A DNA stretch of 57,064 bases from positions 1-57,064 of the forward strand of contig JAVHRR010000003.1 in NCBI GenBank assembly GCA_036171775.1. Reading direction: 5' to 3'. Position numbers and translations under genes: made by a program. The first letter of the stretch is position 1; the number at the start of each line of letters is the position of its first letter. The stretch comes from Minisyncoccota bacterium (lineage in GTDB: Bacteria; Patescibacteriota; Minisyncoccia; Phycocordibacterales; GWA1-40-21). The notes beneath the pieces were generated by a model that made no database searches, was not told the origin of the DNA, and saw only the letters and a program-made list of their open reading frames with translations. Positions 1 through 7,083 of the stretch are shown here, piece after piece.

Positions 1-315
1 GCCTCCATCTAGGGGATGGTCCGGGCGGGGTTCTGGAAAAGAACAGAGGGGTTTCCGCAAAGCGGAAACCCCTCTGTTAGTTTGTCTCCTGCCACACTCC
101 TATACATAGGAGTGTGGAAATAATACTTCTTTTTTTCCCAGGAAGAACCTCCTCATGCATTTGAGGTTTTTTCTGGGAAAATCGTTTTGATTTGTTTTTG
201 CTTTTTCCCCATTTTTCAGCTACACTCATTTTCGTAACATTTAGAAACAAATTATTAATAAATTGGACTAGCCTTGCTTCCTAAGAAGCTAATCAGCTAC
301 TTCCTACAAGCTAAT

Positions 316-1371
316 ATGATAAAAATATACAAAATTAAAGACACAAAGAAGCTTCCAGACTGTGAGGTAGAGGTAACAGCAGAAATCACACTTGAGGCAT
401 TGGAAGATTATAAAGTAAAAGCACTTAAGAAAATTAAGGAGTTTGCTGAGATTCCTGGTTTTAGAAAAGGTCATGTTCCAGAAGCAAAACTAAAAGAAAA
501 GTTTGGTGAAATGGGCATACTTGAAGATGCAGGCGAAATGGCTATCAATGACAGTGCTATAGAAATATTAGTAGAATCAAAAATAAATTTCCTTGGAAGA
601 CCAGATGTTGCTATAAGCAAGATTGCTATTGGCGCACCTATTGAATTTAAAATAAAAGCTACCGTGATGCCAGAAATCAAGCTTCCTGACTACAAGAAAA
701 TAGCAAAAAAAGAAAATTCTGTTGAAGAAAAAATTGAAGAGGTTACAGAAAAACAAATGGAAGAGACCATTGAAGAAATTCGCAAGATGCATGCACATCA
801 AAACCACACTCATGCTCCAGGCGAAGTGCACGTTGATGGTGAAGAATTGCCACTCCCTGAAGTAAATGATGACTTTGTAAAAAAACTTGGAGATTTTAAA
901 GATGTCGCAGATTTTAAAGCAAAATTAAAAACAAACATTGCTAAGGAAAAAGAAATTCACGCAAAAGACAAAAAAAGAGGTAAGCTTTTGGAAAAGCTTG
1001 TGTCTGAAACCAAAGTAGAAATGCCGAAACTTGTCATAGTAAGTGAGTTAGATAAAATGGAAGGTCAGTTTAAAGGTGATATAGCTCAAATGGGACTTCA
1101 ACCAGAGGAATATTTAAAACATATTAAAAAAACTTGGGAAGACTTAAGAAAAGAATGGTATCCGGATGCAGAAAAAAGAGCTAAGACCCAGCTAATATTG
1201 CAAAAAATTTCATTGGAAGAAAAAATTGAACCGAACAAAGAAACTGTTGAAAAAGAAATTAAAAGTCTCCTTTCTCAACACAAAGGTGCCGACCCAGAAA
1301 GAGTAAAAGCCTATGTAGAGATGGTGCTTGTGAACGATGCTGTAATTAAGTTTTTAGAAGAGCAAAAATAA
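316..1371 (+). CDS. tig: trigger factor, short form without the FKBP/PPIase domain
   Basis: The GFRKGHVP ribosome-binding signature is present, and the N- and C-terminal TF-like regions are joined by a short His-rich linker. The track start at 274 is a TTG inside an intergenic repeat, so the ATG at 316 (MIKIYKIKD) is preferred. Confidence 0.8.
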   Translation: MIKIYKIKDTKKLPDCEVEVTAEITLEALEDYKVKALKKIKEFAEIPGFRKGHVPEAKLKEKFGEMGILEDAGEMAINDSAIEILVESKINFLGRPDVAISKIAIGAPIEFKIKATVMPEIKLPDYKKIAKKENSVEEKIEEVTEKQMEETIEEIRKMHAHQNHTHAPGEVHVDGEELPLPEVNDDFVKKLGDFKDVADFKAKLKTNIAKEKEIHAKDKKRGKLLEKLVSETKVEMPKLVIVSELDKMEGQFKGDIAQMGLQPEEYLKHIKKTWEDLRKEWYPDAEKRAKTQLILQKISLEEKIEPNKETVEKEIKSLLSQHKGADPERVKAYVEMVLVNDAVIKFLEEQK

Positions 1372-1374
1372 TAA

Positions 1375-1404
1375 AAAAATACCGGGCTGTCCCGGTATTT
1401 TTTT
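1375..1404 (+). terminator. rho-independent terminator after tig
   Basis: Hairpin aaaaataccggg/cccggtattttt followed by a T-run. Confidence 0.7.
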
Positions 1405-1453
1405 ATTTATTCCACTTCATTCTATGTTAGTAAGTCCTTTGTAAACAAGTGAC

Positions 1454-1669
1454 TTACACCGTTGGTTCATAGAGGGATGGAAATAAATGATAAAACCCTT
1501 TCATAAAAAGTGGTAAGTATCTTGGTCCAGAGACGGTTATACCAGGATATTCAGCTCTTAGTATCTTGTGGTTATCAACATCTGAAACAAAATTTGGATA
1601 ATTTACAACTTCAAACCCAAGCCAAATAACCACAATGATTAATAAAATTATTGTAATTGTTTTTTTCAT
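1454..1669 (-). CDS. small membrane protein, hypothetical
   Basis: 71-aa ORF with an N-terminal hydrophobic helix (ITIILLIIVVIWLGF). No family recognised. Confidence 0.45.
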   Translation of the reverse strand: MKKTITIILLIIVVIWLGFEVVNYPNFVSDVDNHKILRAEYPGITVSGPRYLPLFMKGFYHLFPSLYEPTV

Positions 1670-1808
1670 ATCAAAAGTATATCAGACTAGAACTTGAAAG
1701 TAAAAATCACGAGGTTTAACCTCGTGATTTTAAAACGCTTTCCACTCTTCGGGAGCCTTTTTTATATGTTAAATTAACATTACGCATAAACTAATATATA
1801 ATGAGTTT

Positions 1809-2939
1809 ATGAGGGAGATACAGAACGAAGAAAATAATAATGAATCCGAAATAAAAAAACTTCTTCTTAGCGGTGATAGCGAGATCGTTATTCACGGTGG
1901 GGTATTTTCAAAAAAAGAAGAAGCTATTCTTAATGAAGGGAGAAACAAAGTTGATTCTCTTAAAGAAGATTTGAAGGTTTTTAATCCAGAGTCAAAAAAA
2001 CAAGTTAAGATTGAACCGGATATTGATGGTAGAGCAGCTGTCTTTTTACTGGAAGAAGCTGGAATAAAATACAATAGATTAACCTTCGTAAAAAAAGGCG
2101 ATTGGGTGCCTGGAGGTATCAATATAGATACAGGTGAAAAATCGGGTATATTAGTTGAGAGAAATAATGCCGGTCTCCCCACTGTATTTATTGATCACCA
2201 CGGCCAAGAGCGCGGAGCTGCCCATTCAGCTACAAGGCTTGTGTATGATGTATTAAAATATGAAAAACTTTTAGATGATAGTCCGTGGCTAGACAGCTTA
2301 GTTAAATTTGTAGATGAAGTTGATGATGAAAATTATAAACTTGATAAGGATTTTTTTATAAATGGCTGGTCACAGTCATTTTATTGCCTTTATAAATTTC
2401 TTCCACTAGAAACAATGATTGAATATTTTAAGAAAGGCGCATCAGCGAGATCTCCATTTACTGATGAAGAATTTGAGTCTGGGACAATCAAGACAACAAA
2501 CGGTAGGACTAAACCGATAAAACTTCTTTGTGAAAAGCAACAAAACTCTGTTGATATGAACATAAGAGAGATGGCAAAAACAGAAAAGGAAATGTACAAA
2601 AGCGGAATCAAAACATTCGAAGAGACGTTTTTAAAAAAAGTGATAGTAAATTTATACACACTAAAAAAAGCTAGCGATGGTAGTATGAAAAAAATTGATA
2701 ATATTCCGTTAGGTTTTACTGCGGTTCGAGCACTCGGCTTTGATAGCTATGTTAAGTTAAACGATGATTCAGGAGGCTTTTTTATAACATCAAAAAATAC
2801 ACTTGATGGCGTGTTTAAAAAGATTAGTGAAAAATTTCCCGATGCAAAGCTTATAAGAGGAACGATGATTATTCGAAACCCAACTGGAGAAAATGTTGAT
2901 ATACGAGATTTTCTTGAAACATTAAATCTTCTTGAATAA
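1809..2939 (+). CDS. hypothetical protein, possible DHH-family phosphoesterase-like fold
   Basis: 376-aa ORF with PDIDGRAA and FIDHHG motifs reminiscent of DHH motifs I and III. The assignment is weak. Confidence 0.4.
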   Translation: MREIQNEENNNESEIKKLLLSGDSEIVIHGGVFSKKEEAILNEGRNKVDSLKEDLKVFNPESKKQVKIEPDIDGRAAVFLLEEAGIKYNRLTFVKKGDWVPGGINIDTGEKSGILVERNNAGLPTVFIDHHGQERGAAHSATRLVYDVLKYEKLLDDSPWLDSLVKFVDEVDDENYKLDKDFFINGWSQSFYCLYKFLPLETMIEYFKKGASARSPFTDEEFESGTIKTTNGRTKPIKLLCEKQQNSVDMNIREMAKTEKEMYKSGIKTFEETFLKKVIVNLYTLKKASDGSMKKIDNIPLGFTAVRALGFDSYVKLNDDSGGFFITSKNTLDGVFKKISEKFPDAKLIRGTMIIRNPTGENVDIRDFLETLNLLE

Positions 2940-2948
2940 TTGCGGCTA

Positions 2949-2997
2949 ACAAAAACTAAAAGGATTTTCACTTCGTGAAAATCCTTTTAGTTTTTGT
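2949..2997. terminator. bidirectional terminator between convergent genes
   Basis: A 23-bp perfect stem, acaaaaactaaaaggattttcac / gtgaaaatccttttagtttttgt, with A/T runs on both sides. Confidence 0.7.
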
Positions 2998-3026
2998 ATT
3001 TATGTATTCTCTAATAAGCTAAAAAG

Positions 3027-5495
3027 CTACAAGCTACTCCCTAGTTTCTCCATTCCCTTCCAATTCTTGCCTATAGATGCCTCGGCTTTAAGAGCTATTC
3101 CTTTCGTGTCTTTAAGAGACAGCAGTGACTCCATAATATTTTTTATCTTTGGTTCTACTTCTTTTGCTACTTTCTCATCTACTTCATATACGAGTTCATC
3201 ATGTACTTGAAGAGTAAGTCTTACTTTTTCTCCAAGTTTTTCTTTTGCGATAAATTCGTCTATTTTCACCATCGCGAGTTTTATAAGGTCCGCTTCAGTT
3301 CCTTGTATTGGCGCATTAATAGCCATTCTTTCCGCCATGGCACGTATAAATGGGATCTTTGACCTTAGTCCTTCAAAATATCTTCTTCTTCCAAAAAATG
3401 TTTCTGTGTATCCTCGCCCTTCTGTTTCTACTTTCACATTTTCTAAATATCTTGCGAGTCCATTAAATTTATTAAAATATTCGTCTAAATATTTTTGAGC
3501 TTCTTCTCTTGTTGCTTGCCCCGAGCCTGTCGAGGAGGGTCCAAGATTTACTTTCAATGAGCTGACTCCCATTCCGTACATTATTCCAAAGTTTATTACT
3601 TTTGCTTTTCTTCTCATTTCTTTATCAACGTCACTTTTGTCTACATTAAAAACTTCTGCGGCTACTGCGGTGTGCACATCTTCTCCGTTTTTAAAAATAT
3701 CTATAAGCTTTTTATCATCTGAAAGAAATGCAGCAATTCGAAGTTCTACTTGTGAATAATCAAAAGCTAAAAGCGTGTTGTTTTTTTCTGCAATAAATGC
3801 TGCTCTTATATTTTTCCCGAGCTCACTATGGTTTGGAATATTTTGCAAGTTTGGATCAGAAGAAGCCAAGCGCCCTGTCGTTGTACCAGCTTGTAAAAAC
3901 TTTGCATGAAGTCTTTCGTTGTTATCAAGTAAATTTGGAATAACATCAATATATGTTGAAAGAAGCTTTTGAAACTCTCTGTATTCAAAAACAAACGGAA
4001 TAATAGGGTGCATATCACGCATTTTTTCAAGTTCTGACTCTTTGGTAGATAAAGATCCTGAGCCTGTTTTCTTTTGATTCTTTGGCTTTAAACCGAGCTT
4101 AACAAAAAGTATTTCTCCAAGCTGTTTTGGTGAATTGATATTAAACTCACCGTGAGCTAGTTCCCATATTTTCTTTTCAAGAATAGACAATTTTTCGTGG
4201 TAGTTTTTTGATAATTTTTCTAATTCTTTTTTATCAATTTTGACACCAACATTTTGCATTTTTTGAATTATTGGGATAAGTGGTTTTTCTATTGTTTCCC
4301 AAACTTTTATTAATTCTCTTTTATTCAATTCAGCCATCAACACTTCTTCTGCCTTTTTCAAATCTTTTTCTTTGGTGAAATTAAAAATATCATCTATTGT
4401 TGGGTTTGTAAGATTTGAATTAATAAGCCAAAGGATTACAGAAAGCTCTTTAATCTTCTGTCCGTCTTCTTCACTTGCAAATAACCCTGTGTTAATGGTT
4501 TCTCCAGAACTTTTTTGCGCTTTTATAACAGCTTTTTCTTCTTGAGATTTTGGTACTAATATATCTTTTAGTCTTGCTCCTAGAGTTCTAAATTCTAAAT
4601 CGCTCCATACTGAAATAATTTTTTCTGCGTCAATATTTTCTTTCCATGTTTTTTCTGGAATAGAAAATTCTATTGGTGCATCGAGTCTGATGGTACCAAG
4701 CATTTTAGAAAATTTTGCTTCCTCTTCTCCTTCTTTAAGTAAGCCTATTATTCTTTCTTTTATTCCCGCCTTCAGGAAAATTTCTTTTCCTGTCTCGAGC
4801 TTTGTCGAGGGATTCAGTTTTTTATAAATATCTTCAATAGAACCAAATTTTTGAATTAGATTACTTGCAGTCACTTCCCCTATGCCTTTTATACCAATAA
4901 TGTTATCTGATGGATCTCCACGAAGACCTTTGTAATCTGGCAATAGCTTTGGTCCAAATCCATATCTTTCTATAACAGCTTTCTCATTATAAATAATTGT
5001 GTCTTTAATTCCCTTTTTTAAAGTATAGACTCTTACTTTGTCTCCTTCTACAAGCTGTAATGTATCCATATCTCCTGAAGCAATCACGATGTTCAAATCC
5101 TTATTTTTCTTATTCATTTCTACGATCGTTCCTATCATATCGTCAGCCTCGAATCCTTCTTTTGAATATACTGGGATGTTGAATGCGTGAAATATATCGT
5201 ATGACTTTTTAAGTTGAGAAATTAATTCTTCATCTGCTTTTGCTCTACCGGCTTTATAATCCTTGTATGCTTCGTGTCTGTATGTAGGTTTGGGCAAGTC
5301 GTAGCAAGCCGCAATATAATCTGGTTTTAAATCAGAAATAATTTTAAGAAGCATTGTAGAAAGGCCATAAAGTGCGCCGGTTGGCTCTCCTTTACTTGTA
5401 GCAAACTCGGGAAGCGCATGGTAAGCACGATGGATAATCGCGTGAACATCTAACAACACTAGAGTCTTCGATTGAGTTATATTTTTTGCAGCCAT
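3027..5495 (-). CDS. polA: DNA polymerase I
   Basis: 822 aa with an N-terminal 5'-3' exonuclease region (LLDVHAIIHRAYHA, GIKGIGEVTA) and family A polymerase motifs (DYSQVELRIAA, RRKAKVINFGIMYGM, QVHDELV). Confidence 0.95.
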   Translation of the reverse strand: MAAKNITQSKTLVLLDVHAIIHRAYHALPEFATSKGEPTGALYGLSTMLLKIISDLKPDYIAACYDLPKPTYRHEAYKDYKAGRAKADEELISQLKKSYDIFHAFNIPVYSKEGFEADDMIGTIVEMNKKNKDLNIVIASGDMDTLQLVEGDKVRVYTLKKGIKDTIIYNEKAVIERYGFGPKLLPDYKGLRGDPSDNIIGIKGIGEVTASNLIQKFGSIEDIYKKLNPSTKLETGKEIFLKAGIKERIIGLLKEGEEEAKFSKMLGTIRLDAPIEFSIPEKTWKENIDAEKIISVWSDLEFRTLGARLKDILVPKSQEEKAVIKAQKSSGETINTGLFASEEDGQKIKELSVILWLINSNLTNPTIDDIFNFTKEKDLKKAEEVLMAELNKRELIKVWETIEKPLIPIIQKMQNVGVKIDKKELEKLSKNYHEKLSILEKKIWELAHGEFNINSPKQLGEILFVKLGLKPKNQKKTGSGSLSTKESELEKMRDMHPIIPFVFEYREFQKLLSTYIDVIPNLLDNNERLHAKFLQAGTTTGRLASSDPNLQNIPNHSELGKNIRAAFIAEKNNTLLAFDYSQVELRIAAFLSDDKKLIDIFKNGEDVHTAVAAEVFNVDKSDVDKEMRRKAKVINFGIMYGMGVSSLKVNLGPSSTGSGQATREEAQKYLDEYFNKFNGLARYLENVKVETEGRGYTETFFGRRRYFEGLRSKIPFIRAMAERMAINAPIQGTEADLIKLAMVKIDEFIAKEKLGEKVRLTLQVHDELVYEVDEKVAKEVEPKIKNIMESLLSLKDTKGIALKAEASIGKNWKGMEKLGSSL

Positions 5496-5526
5496 TTTTT
5501 ATTTATATTATCATTATTTAAACTTT

Positions 5527-5605
5527 GAGCTTGTAGGAAGTAGCTTCTTAGCTTTTTAGAAATTGAAGTTCCTAATAAGCTACTGTTCTAAAAAGCTACA
5601 AGCTG
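5527..5605. repeat. intergenic imperfect palindrome, family A (AGCTACAAGCT / CTAAGAAGCT words)
   Basis: The arms gagcttgtaggaagtagcttcttagc and cctaataagctac...aaaagctacaagctg fill the whole polA-tsaE gap. Related copies lie at 18147-18239, 25937-26015 and 29505-29583, with half copies at 268-312, 3007-3040 and 44848-44885. Confidence 0.7.
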
Positions 5606-5606
5606 T

Positions 5607-6041
5607 TCAAATCTCTATTTCTCTCTCATTTTCGCCAATAAACTTGAAAAATATTTTTGCGTGATTTTTTGGCAATACTTCTATAACCCTTTCTGGCCAT
5701 TCTATAAAAATAATATTTCTTGGATCAACTAAAACTCTTTCCCATTCTATAGCTAAAAGTTCTTTTCCTGAATCTAAACGGTACGCATCTATATGTATAA
5801 GTTTTTTAAAATCTTTATGTTCTATATCGTATATCTTTTCGACAACATAAGTCGGACTAGTAACGTCCTCTTTAATATTAAATATTTTTGCTATGGCTTG
5901 TGTAAATGTTGTTTTTCCTGAACCAAGATCGCCGTAAAGCCCAACGACTAGAGCTGTATTAAAAATGCCCATTGATATCTTTTCGATAAAATCTTTTGCT
6001 ATCTTTTCTGTATCAGAAATACTTTTACTTACCACTTTCAT
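5607..6041 (-). CDS. tsaE: tRNA t6A37 biosynthesis ATPase TsaE
   Basis: P-loop GDLGSGKTTF with YVVEKIY and HIDAYRL motifs. The track start (6059, TTG) lies in a repeat, so the ATG at 6041 (MKVVSKS) is preferred. That ATG is itself the outer tip of the repeat. Confidence 0.85.
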   Translation of the reverse strand: MKVVSKSISDTEKIAKDFIEKISMGIFNTALVVGLYGDLGSGKTTFTQAIAKIFNIKEDVTSPTYVVEKIYDIEHKDFKKLIHIDAYRLDSGKELLAIEWERVLVDPRNIIFIEWPERVIEVLPKNHAKIFFKFIGENEREIEI

Positions 6042-6253
6042 CCGGTAGTGAAATTTCAAATTGTTTTTTTACCCTGTAGTAGAAAATGACATCGTTTTCA
6101 ACGCGCTGTTGCGCAATGTCATTTTTCACTACGGGGTTTATTACTAACAACTAAAAATTTAAATTAAAACTATTGATAAACAGACGACCTTATTTTAAAC
6201 CCATAGATAATAAAAACGAAAGTAATAATTTGAAATTCTACTACGGGATTCAT
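6037..6253. mobile_element. nested ORF-less inverted-repeat units (GTAG-core family)
   Basis: The outer pair is ttcatccggtagtgaaatttcaa (6037-6059) and ttgaaattctactacgggattcat (6230-6253). The inner pair is accctgtagtagaaaatgacat (6071-6092) and atgtcatttttcactacggggt (6116-6137). Confidence 0.7.
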
Positions 6254-6305
6254 AAGCCCATTTTATCATACTTTATGCAGGTCTCGAATGATTATTATAA
6301 ATTAA

Positions 6306-6353
6306 AAACGGCCGCATTTTTCTGCAATTTCACAGAAAAATGCAGCCGGTTTA
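6306..6353 (-). terminator. second of two tandem terminators downstream of the high-GC ORF
   Basis: Hairpin aaacggccgcatttttctg / cagaaaaatgcagccggttt, followed by a U-run on the minus strand. Confidence 0.55.
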
Positions 6354-6360
6354 ACAAAAT

Positions 6361-6392
6361 AAAAACTCCGCGAGCTTTTGGCTCGCGGAGTT
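6361..6392 (-). terminator. rho-independent terminator of the high-GC ORF
   Basis: A perfect 10-bp GC-rich stem ctccgcgagc / gctcgcggag (6366-6375 and 6381-6390), then a U5 run on the minus strand, starting 16 nt after the stop codon. Confidence 0.75.
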
Positions 6393-6408
6393 CAGGTTTT
6401 ACTAACCT

Positions 6409-6948
6409 TTACAACCTCCACTCGTCCTGGCTAGGACGCCGGTCTTTAAACTGGACCGTTATTTCATCCCACGTCCTCAGGATACCGGTGTGCTTCACGC
6501 GCAAACTTGCGAAGTCTGCGGCGAGGCTGACAGCCACGGTAAGGGTTGCCCCTCTGAGAATAACGATCTCATTCCCTGCCTTATCTTTGTAAGACACCCA
6601 CTTGCCGCTCGCAATACGGTGTTCGATGTTGAGATCGTGATCCGTACTGTTAGCGACTTTTATCAGGTGGGCAGGTATCATCTTTGCAGTCGGTGCCGGC
6701 GCTTCTGCCACGGGTTTAGGATCCGTAGCTTTGTGCTGAGGCGCCTTTTTGCTCGGACAGGCACACGCCGTTTCCTTGGGCGTCTGCACCGGCCCGCACT
6801 TCACAGTGTCTGACGAGACCTGCTGCGAGGCGTCCGCAACGGCTATGGATTCCTTCCCGCTTCCGGTAAAAAGAAACCATCCTATTATCAGACCGACTAA
6901 GCAACTGACCCCCAGCCACACCGCAGAAAAACCTTTTTTGTTTTCCAT
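6409..6948 (-). CDS. membrane-anchored hypothetical protein in a high-GC island
   Basis: 179 aa with an N-terminal TM (FSAVWLGVSCLVGLIIGWFLF), a Cys- and Pro/Ala-rich linker and an unrecognised C-terminal domain of about 90 aa. AGGAGG lies 7 nt upstream of the ATG. Several overlapping shadow ORFs on both strands are typical of GC-rich coding DNA. Confidence 0.7.
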   Translation of the reverse strand: MENKKGFSAVWLGVSCLVGLIIGWFLFTGSGKESIAVADASQQVSSDTVKCGPVQTPKETACACPSKKAPQHKATDPKPVAEAPAPTAKMIPAHLIKVANSTDHDLNIEHRIASGKWVSYKDKAGNEIVILRGATLTVAVSLAADFASLRVKHTGILRTWDEITVQFKDRRPSQDEWRL

Positions 6949-6983
6949 AACTTTTTCCTCCTGAGATTAGAACGTACTTATAC

Positions 6984-7012
6984 AGTGTACCTTAATATAA
7001 CTTTTCTGTCAA
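6984..7012 (-). promoter_or_regulatory. sigma70-like promoter for the high-GC ORF
   Basis: On the minus strand, TTGACA (7007-7012), a 17-nt spacer and TACACT (6984-6989) lie upstream of the SD and ATG at 6948. Confidence 0.5.
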
Positions 7013-7040
7013 TGGTCAGTAAACATTCATTTATCATTAC

Positions 7041-7065
7041 AAAACCACCTATTTTAGGTGGTTTT
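7041..7065 (-). terminator. terminator after the decapeptide-repeat protein gene
   Basis: Hairpin aaaaccacct / aggtggtttt located 19 nt after the stop at 7084. Confidence 0.65.
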
Positions 7066-7083
7066 GTGTTTGTTCTGTATTTA

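Noticed and set aside
10-40. An RNase P RNA or tmRNA fragment suggested by ggtccgggcggggttc.
   Set aside because: It resembles conserved RNA motifs only loosely. The defining P4 (GAGGAAAGUCC) or tmRNA acceptor/T-arm sequences are not present in the window.
1703-1731. The hairpin aaaatcacgagg/cctcgtgatttt as a terminator of a neighbouring gene.
   Set aside because: It lies between two divergently oriented ORF starts, so it terminates neither. I left it unassigned; it may be an attenuator or may belong to an unannotated small transcript.
6173-6964. The ORFs 6173-6592, 6490-6813, 6716-6919 and 6749-6964 as separate genes.
   Set aside because: All of them overlap the 6409-6948 ORF in a GC-rich segment where long stop-free frames arise by chance. 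Only 6409-6948 has an SD, a promoter, terminators and a sensible membrane-protein architecture.
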